Source: Takakia lepidozioides
Lineage: Eukaryota > Plantae > Bryophyta
Length of the DNA: 64,000 nt
Direction: 5' to 3'
NCBI GenBank assembly: GCA_030704615.1
Contig: CM060733.1
Location: forward strand, 39,618,001-39,682,000
Numbering within the stretch: position 1 is the first letter of the stretch; each line of letters starts with the position of its first letter. The notes below the pieces were generated by a model that was not told where the DNA came from, searched no databases, and worked only from the letters and a program-made list of their open reading frames with translations. Below, one piece after another: positions 39,499 to 51,455 of the stretch. The position numbers and the translations under genes were made by a program.

Positions 39499-40651
39499 CC
39501 TGCAACATTTGGGACCAAGGACCGGAGGCTAAGACTTAATGATTGCTTCATGCTTAGAGAGTTTTCATTGTCTTCCACTTCTCTCATTTTTCATCTCTTA
39601 TATTCATTGTGGCATAGCTTTCTAAAATTGTGTGCTTAGAATGTGTGGTGGACAACAATGTATGTTGTCGCACGATGCTTAGGTGCACGATAGGGCTGCC
39701 AAAGTCAGTGCATTTTTTTCGAAATTGATCAATTGTATTCTCATGGTTGTCTCCCCTTACAATCTGAATCAGGATCCTTGTCTCACTTGCTCTCTAAGTG
39801 TTCATGAGTCCATTGAACACTGCCTGTTGCTATGCCCCCTTGCTGGTTAAATACGGCACCCCTCTCCCCCCTCTCATGCCTCTCTGGTGCTTTTCAATTT
39901 GCATATATATATTAAACGGAATCAGATTGATGTTGGGGCGTTTCCCTTTAAAGACATGAGCACATCTGCACTTTCAAATAAGGCTAGCCATAGTGTGTGT
40001 GATCTTAGGTATACCCAAACCGAGTAGAAAAAAACGAGATGTGAAATATTCAGATTTGATGTCTGAGGGGAGGAAAGCTTGGGTTTCTTCTGCTAGCAGC
40101 CGCTTGCAAGTGCTCTAATCGAAGAAGTGCTCAACTTTATCAAACCTTCGACCTCTCCTTGGTCAAGAGCAACATCCTTTGTACCCGTAGCTCGGACTCT
40201 CGGATTATCTGGCATGACCAGCTCCCCAAAGATTGGGAGTCCTATTCCTGAATCTGAGGACTTGGATATCCACCGGCGCCACGCGTAGATAGAATCAAAG
40301 CTCATTTGGATTTTTAGTTCTCTTATCTCTTCTGCTAAGGCATTTTTTCTCTCAGTATTTGGTTATGGGTGGTATCCCCTTAATATGCTTTACCGCTCTA
40401 ACGGGTTATTTTTTTCCAGTTCCTTTTAATCTATTTCCAGGGCCACTGTCCCAAAACTCTAGAGGAGTAAATTAAGCTTCTTATTTCTTTGTACTACCGT
40501 AATCCGGAATAACGTTATTCCATTCAAGGATACTGTACAGTAGACCAGGAAACACTCCGTTGGAGACCACTCCGTGTCATGTCCTGGTGGTGTGAGCTGT
40601 GCACGCACATACGCAGCACGCCCTCAATTTACGACCTTTTGCGCTGCAGCT

Positions 40652-41185
40652 ATGGCAGCGGTGCTGGCGTATGAGGTTGTGGAGACGCCCTTGGGGCTCT
40701 TCACTCTTGGGGCTTCAGCTTCTGCTATACACTCGGCTTTCTTTGGCATTCCACCTTGCAGCTACAACCCAGCTGCCGCAGTTTCGCATCCTCTACTCAC
40801 TTTGGCAAAGCAGCAAGTTCAGCAATACTTTGCGGGAGAGCGGAGGACATTCTCGGTGCCCGTAGCGCAGCAGGGCACACCATTTCAGAGGAAGGCATGG
40901 ACAGCATTGAATGATATACCATATGGAGAGACTCGGTCTTACAGTGAACAGGCCGTTCTCATGGGGGAGTCGGGCAAGGCCCGAGCAGTGGGCATGGCCA
41001 ACAGCAAGAACCCCGTCTGCCTCCTTGTTCCATGTCACCGTGTGGTGGGGAAAGGTGGGAACCTCCGAGGTTATGCTTTTGGATTGAAAGTGAAGCGAGC
41101 CCTACTGGAGTTGGAGGCTGGCATGTGCCATCAAGACACTAAGGTTGGGCTCGACCAGCTGACCTTACAAGGAATCCCCCTCTAG
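40652..41185 (+). CDS. MGMT: Methylated-DNA--protein-cysteine S-methyltransferase (O6-alkylguanine-DNA alkyltransferase, Ogt/MGMT type), 177 aa, intronless
   Basis: ETPLG N-domain, QYFAGER, GTPFQRKAW, IPYGETRSY, Arg-finger ARAVG, Asn hinge NP, active-site PCHRV, GYxxG..VKRALLELE; uninterrupted ORF. Confidence 0.92.
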   Translation: MAAVLAYEVVETPLGLFTLGASASAIHSAFFGIPPCSYNPAAAVSHPLLTLAKQQVQQYFAGERRTFSVPVAQQGTPFQRKAWTALNDIPYGETRSYSEQAVLMGESGKARAVGMANSKNPVCLLVPCHRVVGKGGNLRGYAFGLKVKRALLELEAGMCHQDTKVGLDQLTLQGIPL

Positions 41186-41898
41186 GGAGAGGCACGAGCA
41201 CTGAGAGCCATAACTTTTGTTAGAACTGGATGTGATTCTGCTCATGATCAGCTTAGGCTAGAAGAAGTCTCTGCATACTTACATGGTGGCTTGGTCTTCC
41301 TGCCTGGAGGGTTGGATAAAGACAATTATGGCTGTGATAGAGTCTACCTTGATAAAGGTTAAAGTAACATAAATGTAAAGATAAGAAGAAGAAAAAGAAC
41401 ACTTAACATTCCATGAGGCAGACTCACAAGTCACACAATTCCACGCGTTGCCTAAATTTGAAGTTGATGAAGGTTGATTGAAGCTCTGGAACCTTTTCTT
41501 CCCAGCCGTTATGTGTTTTAATTGGCACAGTGTGTGGAAAATGGACCCACAACAACTCACTGGAATGTAATGTACAATCTGACTGTTGCCCATTCCATCG
41601 CCATCTCATCAAAATTGTTCTCAGATTTGTCCTCAGCATCCTATCCCTGACAACAATTTGTATGTCCTTAGCAGCCACAGTTGATAGTTCACTCGGTTAG
41701 TTTCTAAAACTGTATAACTTAACCACACCAGAGAGTCTTTCCCATCTTCAAATATTTGGAAGTGTGTTTGACCTGGTATGGGCAGCTCACAAAAGGTGCA
41801 GTACCAGCTTTAGTATCTAATGAAACAATTCATTTATGCCAAATTAACTCTGCCCTCATGTTTGACACACCACACTATCATTCATTCGTCTTCCTCGT

Positions 41899-42472
41899 TT
41901 CACCAGCAATCACCACACACCACACGAACAAACCCCATCTTGGAAGTAGGTGAAAGGGCTTGTATCCCATACAATAATTGCTCGCCCGACAATCTTCGAG
42001 ATGAACGGGGTGGCAGTGTGGCAGTCACCACACACGTTCTTGATGACACAAAGGTGTCCCAGGGGGTGGTGCTGATGAGCCCAAGCAATGGCCAGCTTCT
42101 CACTTTGGTAGCAAAGAATGTACTCATAAGACGTTGTTTGCCGTAGCCTTGTGGACTTTGGTAGCAAAGAGAACATTCGTTTTGCACCTCTTCCACATCA
42201 TGTAATACAAGGGGAGTGCCAGGCAGATACCTGGTCTACTTCATTCGCCAGGACAACCTCTTCAACTCATGGATCTCTTCAATTTGTGGATGCAATTTGT
42301 CTTCCACTGCAAAGGTATGCACCTGGTCGTCCACTTCAATGCAGCTGCAACCTCTGGCTCCTTTTTGACACTTCTGTCCTCCATTATTTTTCTCACCCTT
42401 GCTGGAACTTGCCACCTGCCAGCTGCAGCATAGATATTTGACAGCAGCACATAAGCTGCAGCAGGCTATGGG
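41899..42472 (-). pseudogene. Decayed E2/DYW tail of the adjacent PPR gene
   Basis: YVLLSNIYAAAGRW, KKEP, CYQSEKLAI (HSE to QSE), [31 protein letters not shown]; several frameshifts and a local duplication of ctttgctaccaaagt. Confidence 0.88.
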
Positions 42473-44494
42473 TCACTCTTGATGACACTCTTTTGCTGCA
42501 TGTTCCGCTAGCTCCACATCACCATGAACTCTGCAGGCACCAAGCAAGGCCCTCCACACTGCAGCACCTGGTTTGATTGTCATTTGTTTAATTAAATCCT
42601 CTGCCTCATGCAATTGTCCTGCACGACCAAGAAGGTCCACCATACAGCCGAAATGTTCCACTGTAGGCATGAGGCCGTGATCTCGACTCATGGAGTCAAA
42701 GTAGTGACGACCTTCATCTACTAGGCCCACATGACTACAGGCAGAGAGAAGAGATGTAAACGTAACACCATTTGGCTTCAAGCCTTCCTGTAGCATTCGT
42801 TCAAAGATTCGGAGAGCCTCCCTACCACACCCATGCTGACCATGTCCTGCAATCATTGCGCTACAAGAGACAACATCTTGTTTAGCCATATTGTCAAACA
42901 CTTCTTGCGCATCTTTCATGCTCCCGCATTTGGCATACATGTCAGTAAGGGCAGTCTCCAGATTAATAGATGAGTCAATGCCAGCTTTAATGATGTCAGC
43001 ATGAACCTCCTTGCCCTTCTCCAGGGCTCCTAGGCTGGCACATGCATTGATAATGCAAATGAATGTGACCCTGTCAGGTGTTACGCCTTGCCATTTCATT
43101 TGCTCATAGATCTCGAATGCTTCACTACCACACCCACGCTGAGCATATCCTGCAATAATGGCATTCCATGAGACCACATCTCGCTGAGACATTTTGTTGA
43201 ACACTTCATGTGCATCCTTCATGCTCCCACATTTGGCATACATATCAACAATGGTATTCTCCAAAATGACATCTCGCACAATTCCCGATTTGATAATGTC
43301 AGCATGGACCTCTTTGCCCTTTTCTGGGGCACCTAGGTTGACACACGCATTGAGAACGCAAATGAATGTCACCTTATTTGGCCTTATGCCTTCACCTTGC
43401 ATTTGCTCATAGATTTCAAAAGCCTCCCGACTGAAACCTTGCTCAGCATATCCTGCGATCATTACACTCCATGAGACCACATCTCGTGTAGCCATATTGT
43501 CAAAAACTTGACGTGCATCCTTCATACTCCTACATTTGGCATACATGTCAGCAAGAGCAGTCTCCAAATTCGTATCTGAGGAAATTCCAGCTTTTATTAT
43601 GTCAGCATGGACCTGCTTGCCTTTCTCCAGGGCTTCTGGGCTGGCGCATGCATCAAGAACACAAATGAATGTGACCCTATTGGGCCTCACCCCTTCCCGT
43701 TGCATTTGCTCATAACCCTCAAAAGCCTTGTTACTGCACCCATTTTGAGCATATCCTGTGATCATGGCATTCCATGAAACCACATTTCGTTGAGACATAT
43801 CATCCAATACTTGACGTGCATCCATCAGGCTCCCGCACTTGGCATACATGTGGACTAGGGTATTCTGCAGAATGATATCTGGCACAATTCCAGTATTGAT
43901 AATGTCTGCATGGACCTCCTTGGCCTTTTCCAGGGCTCCTAGGCTGGCACACGCATTGAGGACGGAGATGAATGTGACCCTGTTGGGCCTCAGCCCTTCC
44001 TGCTGCATTTGCTGATAGATGTTGAGAGCCTCCCTACCACAACCATGCTTGGCATACCCTGCGATCATTGTTGTCCAAGTAAAAATATCCCGTTCAGGCA
44101 TTTCATCAAATACTCGGCGTGCATCCATCACACTCCCGCACTTGGCATACATGTTGACTAGGGTGGTGAGTAGAAAGATGTTTGGCTTTAATCCACTTTG
44201 GATAATGTGATTGTGCACCTGCTTACCCTCTGCTAGTTCTTTCATGCTGATGCACTCCTGCAACAGATAGACGTAAGTATTGCAGTCTGCCCGAATGCCT
44301 TGTTGGTTCAAAATGTTGAGTGCCTTTTTCAGTTGTCCTCCCTTACGTAGTGTTCTTAAATACCTGCTAGTGCCAGAAAAGCCCTTGTTGACTTCCTCTG
44401 TTGTTCCTATTTCAAAAGCAGTGGTGATGGTGAAGGTGCTACCCCTGCTGCTGGCCTCATGTCCAACAAATACCTCTGGATTCAAAACTGCCAT
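42473..44494 (-). CDS. PLS-class PPR protein (673 aa ORF) ending in E1; E2/DYW lost by frameshift; upstream PDF exon at ~44720-44892
   Basis: Repeated P-L-S triplets (VVSWNAMI.GYA / RVTF..VL.AC / .LV.MYAKCGS), P2-L2-S2 (ACSHVGLVDEG, HFGCMVDLLGRAG), E1 (VWRALLGACRVHG). Confidence 0.85.
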   Translation of the reverse strand: MAVLNPEVFVGHEASSRGSTFTITTAFEIGTTEEVNKGFSGTSRYLRTLRKGGQLKKALNILNQQGIRADCNTYVYLLQECISMKELAEGKQVHNHIIQSGLKPNIFLLTTLVNMYAKCGSVMDARRVFDEMPERDIFTWTTMIAGYAKHGCGREALNIYQQMQQEGLRPNRVTFISVLNACASLGALEKAKEVHADIINTGIVPDIILQNTLVHMYAKCGSLMDARQVLDDMSQRNVVSWNAMITGYAQNGCSNKAFEGYEQMQREGVRPNRVTFICVLDACASPEALEKGKQVHADIIKAGISSDTNLETALADMYAKCRSMKDARQVFDNMATRDVVSWSVMIAGYAEQGFSREAFEIYEQMQGEGIRPNKVTFICVLNACVNLGAPEKGKEVHADIIKSGIVRDVILENTIVDMYAKCGSMKDAHEVFNKMSQRDVVSWNAIIAGYAQRGCGSEAFEIYEQMKWQGVTPDRVTFICIINACASLGALEKGKEVHADIIKAGIDSSINLETALTDMYAKCGSMKDAQEVFDNMAKQDVVSCSAMIAGHGQHGCGREALRIFERMLQEGLKPNGVTFTSLLSACSHVGLVDEGRHYFDSMSRDHGLMPTVEHFGCMVDLLGRAGQLHEAEDLIKQMTIKPGAAVWRALLGACRVHGDVELAEHAAKECHQE

Positions 44495-44719
44495 CCTGCA
44501 TTATTCAGAGCACTTCCTTATAAAGCTTTAAAGTCAAACTCACATAATATACTTGAAACTCCTACATACTACAAGGAAATATTACTTCATGAGGACAGGC
44601 TCCTTGCTATGTATTCTCAGGGTTGCCAAACTACTGCAGTCAGCTACTGCGGGAGTTAAATGTATCAAATCCCTCTATTTTGAGTACAAACCCTTAAATC
44701 AGTGAGACAATACCCATTG

Positions 44720-44892
44720 CGTTCTCGGCCTGGAGCTCCACGATGTACATCGACATAAGAGCCATCATCAGATTGAGATGGACTTTGTATCATGGCAGCT
44801 AGTCCCACTGTCACCCAAGGAGGGTTCCATCTCTCAATCCAAAGCATCTCCTTGGTCCTTTTATGACTTAAGTCTGAAAATCTTGGACTTTT
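44720..44892 (-). other. OSB-type PDF-motif exon upstream of the 42-44 kb PPR
   Basis: ag|KSPRFSDLSHKRTKEMLWIERWNPPWVTVGLAAM. Confidence 0.65.
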
Positions 44893-47800
44893 CTGGGAAA
44901 TGAGGAGGGGGAACCAAGCCACCATAGCTTCAGCCACAAGATCAGGCGAGAACCAAAGTACAAAGTCTTTTCCAATTAAAGCTGACAGAGAAGAGCCTTG
45001 AACAACGTGCTTTTATGACCTGCTAACAAGGAAGATCAACACACTGATATAGGACCAGTTCCGGGGGAACAGAAAAATTGCCATCAATTTCCTTCCCAAC
45101 ATTCTAAGGGAAAGATCGCCTTACCTTATCAAATCTGTTGTCCCGCCACTTTGAAGGATCTGAGAAGAACGCCAGCCATAGCTGTTCTATGCTCATTGCA
45201 GTGTCGTGGGTGCAAAAACTGCAAACAAATGAGAACTTTGCCGGTTTCTGGTTGCCTCAGTTTCTACGAGGAGTGCTACTGCTCGAACATAGATCTCTGG
45301 CAGCTCCTCATCGACCAGCTGGTTCTGGAAGAGTTGACGTCCGAGGGCCCCTATGCTTGAAGGGACAAGTCATAATCAATTGTCTCAGGTACCTCCTCTC
45401 TTCCCTGTCAGAATGACTGAAGCTCGGGGCTTCAGAATTTGTGCCAAACTAGCTCTCTACAAGATGAGCTGATTTACTAACACCTCGCGGATCATGCAGC
45501 GTAATCGTCGTGGGCTTTGAGCCAGTACTACTGTAACAGTCAGCCTGACAGAAAAACTGGTCGGTAGTTCCCCCAAAACGAGAATGCAGCAGGAGCTGTG
45601 GCCCCAAGAAAGCCATACAGATAAGTGCCTCCCTTGCTAACATGCTCATACAAAAAGTTTTTGGAAGATAGTGAAGGAGCTGATGGAATGAGCACAACGG
45701 TGTTAATTACACTCAACAGCCTTGTATGACCATACAGTGAACTTCTGCTACGAGCATGGATGTGCAGCAAGGACCCAGGACTGCTCCGACGCATCAAATT
45801 TGGACACCCAATATAAACTAAGGAAGACATAGAGGTCTCTACGTTTCTACCTCTCTTCGGACTCCCCGCAGGCATTGCCAAGGTCGATGCCCATTTCAGT
45901 TCCACATCTCGGTCCTTCAATTCCTCAAATAACCTGAGGCCTCTCGCCCATACATCGCAACTAGAAGACAGGGGCTGGGGTATGACCTCTGCCTGCGCGC
46001 AGCAGGCGGCCATTCCTGAGGCAATACAAGACGACCAAGTGGGTTGCATCAAGAGAGCAACAAGAAAAAGATCAACATATTTTTCTCAAACTTGTCCATT
46101 GCAGTCTTGAAAATCGTCCAAGCTTTCAAGATTGAAAGTCCTTCAGAACGTTTCCTAGTGTGCATGATTTTCAGGCCTTGGCTTGGGAGCTTGACAGGCC
46201 TTGACACCACGAGAATAAAACAATTGCCCTCGTAACATAGCGCAAGGCTATACGAAACAAAAGTACTAGAGCTCAGAAAAGTGCTCGTTCACTACAGACT
46301 ACAGATCTCTCACTGGCACATGGCGTTCTGGAGGGCTCTCGTCATGCGGCAATAGAAAGGTTGTGGAGCTGAAATTGGCATGCTTGCTTGGCAACGCGGG
46401 GCCCCAGACCCTCGCACTTGAAGGCCATGATGTTCCCTTGGTCTGCAGAGAAACCGATGGAAGGTACGGACATGCATGTTATTTTGGATCCTACACTGTG
46501 TGTCTGTGGGCGACCCGGGTTCCCTGCGGGCCTTGACTCATCCCGCAGAAAATAAACCCACGCCAAGATTTTTAACTCTGTTATCGTTCAGGGGCTGCAG
46601 AGTGAGTGTAAGGGACACCCTACCTACACTCTTGGCCTCCATCTATGAGCTCCTTCTCTATTCCATGAGATTTCTCTTCTCTCCATTGTGCTGCGTGAGG
46701 TCCTTGCGGCCATAGTCACTAGGATACCCTGTTTTGAGGAAAAAATTCATTGGGTTATCTGTTAGATCATGACACCCCTGCACACATCCCGCAGAAATCC
46801 TGCTGCACGTCCCCAAGTGGTGAGATGGAAGCAGTATGAGCCCGCCCCTTGACGTGGTCAAATAGTTACCGCAGTCGCGATATACATTGCTGCGGTCTCT
46901 CTGAAGCAGGTCAGAGCTACAATTACCTTTCAAACTGAGGAATTAATAAGGGTTCGGAGAGATACTGACCATTCCCTGCATTCCTGCGGGATATCGGTCT
47001 TCTGGAGCCAGTTGTAAATTTCCATCCAGCAGCGTATGCAAACTTTAGGTTGCAGGTCTCTGGACCCACAGACATTTCACAGCCATTGTGACCTTCTTAC
47101 GTGGATTCAGTATTGATGTGAAGGCTGGAAAAATCATATACTAGAAACACATGTTGCTTCCGGTACTGCTGTCTCTAGCCCCCCAATCCGAAATAGATGT
47201 CCACATGTGGCTGATCACATGGCGCGTAGAGAAAGGGCACATAGGAGTGAGAAACAGAAAGACGGGGAACTTTACGATGTCCACAGAGCATGTGAATTTC
47301 AACCAAGAAAACACAAAACACAATGTGTTGTGTCCACGCCTTGTCATATCCTCACTAGAAAATGAGGTGTAGGGTGTTCTAAGTGGCAGTCAGATGCACA
47401 CACCGTAGGTAGGTCACAGAATGCAAAGGCAACTCCTTTCTGTGTTACCACATGCTCATTCCACCATATTTCACAGTTGTGGTGTATGTACAAGCAACAC
47501 ATACAGACTTAAAAGTATCCACCAGCCAAAGTAGCAAATTAGTCCAGTGAACACCACCACCACATTTTGGGCGCTCGTTTGTGGTGTGTATAATATGGTC
47601 CTTAGTCATCAAAATGTTAACTTCCCTTAGTCTCTTGCACTTAGTAGCAATCCCAGCAACAAAAGAATGTGAAATGGCCTCACCTGGCTACATCACAGCC
47701 AACCAACAGGTTAATGATCTTTCACATGTCAAAGAAAAAGAGAGGTAAGGGAGGTCCTTTCAGCCATTTCAGCCTATACTCCGAGGGAGGGGGTGGTCGT

Positions 47801-49478
47801 TACTAACAGCAAGCACCTCTTTCCAAAGAGCATGCTGTGTCAAGGAGATCAGTAGTGTAGCATATAGCACTTCATGTGGTAAGGCTACACTATTCTAGGA
47901 ACTTGGAAGCATACATGAAGCTACACCACAATGGGAAGCCACATTGATCGGTTAGCACTCACTCCCAATTGAGGGGGTCGTATTCTCCTAAAATTAGGCA
48001 CCCGTTTCCAAATTGAAGGTGTTGTAAGCTGGCAAGTATTTTATAGAGTTAAATGCCTCCACATAGCGAGGATACTCCACAAAGGGGAAGTCACATTGGT
48101 CAGGAAGGGAAGTAAAATGTAAACTTGCATACCCATAGCATCACTTGCAAGATACTCAAGCAGTAGGTCCTATTTAGAAGTTCTAGATAGTATTCACAGG
48201 TTCAGAGTAGAGCTTACCATGTAACCTTTTAAACTGTCCTCTCTCTTTTTGATCCACACTAAGCTAGCATTATGTACTTCCAAGTGCTCATGTTGACAAG
48301 GACCTTGCTTGTAGTCATCCTGTTAGCAGTTAAGGTAAGTGTCCCTTCAACTCTTGCCTGCTCATCTCCCAATGAGAAGATATGGAGAGGCTGAATTGAG
48401 GTTAACACTTATGGCAGACCCTAATGAGTCCCCAATTACTACCCTTTAGCCTTGTCGAAATTGGGTTCCATTCTGGACAGATTTCTCAACACAATAACAG
48501 GGTGAGGCAATCCTTCCTGGTGTTACGAAGGATAGCCATACTGAAGGAAAGAGACAGGTAGAGATTGTAGTTGTCTGCCATAGGAGACAGGGTAGAGAGA
48601 GAATCTACTCATGAGAATCTACTCGTGACAAGGCCATGTTAGTTCAATAGGAACCTTCATGGATGGATCATAATGTGTATGAGCTTCTCAAAAAGCAATT
48701 TCTTACCACAATGACAGGATTAGGTGCTCCTAGAGTTGTGTTACTAAAGGACTCAGCCAATTCAAGGAAAAATAGAGGGAGCGAACGTACTTATAAGACA
48801 TTGTTTACCGTAGCCTTTTGGCCTTAGGCCCCATGCCCAGTTTGGGCAGAAAAGGGAACAGATACTACCTTTGTGAGGGTGTGCGTTACCTTGATAGAGA
48901 CAATTAGTCCTCTAGAAAGCCCTTCTGTTTATTGTTCAAAGGTAGGGTTCCCGCCCTGAGTTTAGATTTCAGTCTAGTGCCAAGGGTAGGCAGGCCCTTG
49001 AGATCACCTCAAGATCTCACCCTGTCACAAACCTGGAAACAAGTTCAGGGAAATTTTATTCCTAACTTCCTCAAAATAGTGAGAGAGAACATCCAGGAGG
49101 TTAATTTTTGGAAATCCCACACTGGCATTCCTCATCGAAACCTCAGTTAGGAGCTGCTGAAGTTCTTGTTTTTAAGGACGAACCATCTAAATATACTGAC
49201 TGCATTGATAAGGTGAGGGTAACCTCATGTACGCAATGAAAGAGTTTGCCAAGTAGGTTTTGTGACCTTAGCTGGCATGATGATGTTTTGTGCTTAGGTG
49301 AATGTGAATTTTGCTCTCCCTGGTAGGAAAGCAGCCGAGTACTGAAGTAGGTTCTTCTTCTTTGTTAGCAAGACATGTTCCATGTTAGTTGAAACGTGCA
49401 GAAAGTTTGGGTGTCTTGTCTATGCATACCTCTGATTGAAGCTATGGCAGCTCAGGTGCCCACTGGTGGTTCTCACAG

Positions 49479-50580
49479 AAAAGTCCAAGGTTGCCAGACT
49501 TCAGACATAACACAAAGGAGGTTATTTGGATTGGCAGTTTCTCGAACCCTCCCTGGCTGAAAGCAGAGGTAGCACCGATGATACAAGGTGAAGCACAATG
49601 TGGTGATGATTTAATGTCCATGTACACTAGGAGCGACAGGGCAAGAATACAATGGGTAAAACTCCAAATATTCTTTGGGGCTTCCAACTCCTTTTCAAAG
49701 ACATATAGGAGTGAACAATAACTCTTTTGGCACTCACCGGTGAGGACGTGTAAAGGCTGGACGACTGACAAAGGCACTGGACATTTTGAACCAACAAGGC
49801 ACTCTACACTTCTGTCTGTTTATTGCATGAGGGCATCGATGAGCAAGGCCTAGCAGAGTGAATGCCCACCTTAACCAAAGTGGATTCCAGCCAAACATCA
49901 TTCTCCTGAACATTCTGGTCATCCCTGTGATTAACTCACCCTTGTCAACATGTATGCTACATGCAGGCAGCAGGAGCATGGTGGATTCAGGTCAAGTGTT
50001 TGACAAAATGCCTGAACAAGGTAGTTTTACTCGGAATATAGCGATAGTGAAAATAATGGCTGTGGTGTGGAATCTTTCAAGATCTATGACGAATTTCAAC
50101 AAGAAGGGTGATCCCCAACACGAAATGTGGTCTTGTGGTGAGTACATGAGAAGATGGTACACAAGAGAGAGAAAAAAGAAAAAAGAACAACTGGTGCTGA
50201 TCTCAGAGCTTGAAGGCCTGCTAAGCTTAGTTCATTTAGGTCAGTTTCCGGGAGGCCCCGGGTGCAGGGGCTTCTATTGTACTTTACCCTGAGTGCATTC
50301 GGGATGCTACAGGGCATCAAGGTCCATGCAGAGGGATGTAAGTCAAGTCTTTGACAATTCACATGATCCAGGGTGTGGGAGGGAGGCCTGCCAGCTTTTC
50401 AAACATAACAACAGAACAGCTTGAAGCCAGAGAATGTCACTTTTATATTTCTTCTTGCTTGGTGGATGAATCCGTATTCGATGAGTCAAGATCACGGCCT
50501 CACTCCTACAGCAGAGAATTGTGGCTGCATGATGGACCTTCTTGGCCACGCACGGGGTTGATGCGGTGGAGGATTCCATT
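49479..50580 (+). pseudogene. Heavily decayed PDF-PPR gene copy
   Basis: ag|KSPRLPDFRHNTKEVIWIGSFSNPPWLKAEVAPM followed by PPR remnants (HLNQSGFQPNI.LLN, QVFDKMPE, SRDHGLTPT-like and DLLG-like DNA at 50485-50550). Confidence 0.75.
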
Positions 50581-51455
50581 AACAAAACGCTAACGAAAAC
50601 CCCGACCTATTTTATTTTACCCTTAGTTTTTGGAGAGACAGTCTACCCCCCATAAATGTTCCCTCCATATCCATTAACCCTCTTTATCTCTTATCTCTTT
50701 TTTAACCTCCCCAAGACTTTAAAAAGCAAATGTTAAATGCCATGATAATTTTTCGCTCCGTTGTCTATCAAATGATCCTTAAGAAGTGTTAAATTTCTTC
50801 AAATGGATATATGTATGGATGTCCACCTCCTCGCATTCCACTTCTCCCGAATACTAGCATTCCCATTGTGAGGTTTACTTCCACTCCAATAGCTTGCAAA
50901 TCTGAAACTCGGGTGCAAAGAATGCTGCCCTTGGCCCAGGGGCATCAAAATCCTGGAGGACCGTGGTTTGTCTCCTTTCACTGCATTTGAGTAGAGCTGT
51001 GATGACTCACTATCTCCTGTGGTGGCGTTGGTCTGACAGATTTAATGCTGGCGATAACATTCATACAAGTTAGCACCACGAGAACATACAAACATGCCCA
51101 AATTTAAGATGCTGAACAAACTTGTGCACAAGGCTGCCCCTCTAAATAAGCCTGTTACGAATTGTGTTCACTTTCATATTCAAGCTTTGAGGAAGCTCCA
51201 CCATTCGCACCAGAATTAGGACAGCACTCCAATTTCCTTCCACTTCAACAGAGTCAGTCAAAATCCCCCGTTCACAAATTACCTGCTCCAGTGAATTGCA
51301 ATTATGGGCTGACTTCCCACCTATGCTGGGTAGATGGACATGCCACAGGAAATGCACATCATGGTCAAGATTCTCAGGGAACTGTGAATGAATGCGTAGC
51401 TATGCAGATCAATGAAGGAAGCAAGACACTCACACCTTTCCAGAAAAAGATCGTT

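Larger units (their letters stand above)
25500..39500. mobile_element. Large degenerate Sola-like DNA transposon region with cargo genes (boundaries approximate)
   Basis: Contains a transposase pseudogene, three FCP1/NIF-like ORFs, an MTase-like pseudogene and internal tandem repeats; all ORFs show similar decay. No right TIR found. Confidence 0.5.

Noticed and set aside
40100-40310. 3' end of an L1-like LINE upstream of MGMT
   Set aside because: Only a vague LC......I.W pattern; insufficient to call.
40574-40651. N-terminal extension of MGMT from the GTG start in the ORF track
   Set aside because: Eukaryotic context favours the ATG at 40652 (gctATGG); homology begins just after it.
45120-47120. 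Coding-like stretch (possible decayed BTB-family gene or endogenous viral sequence; ...GCPNL...)
   Set aside because: Only a few residues resemble any family, and candidate motifs fall on inconsistent strands; needs a tBLASTx or profile search.
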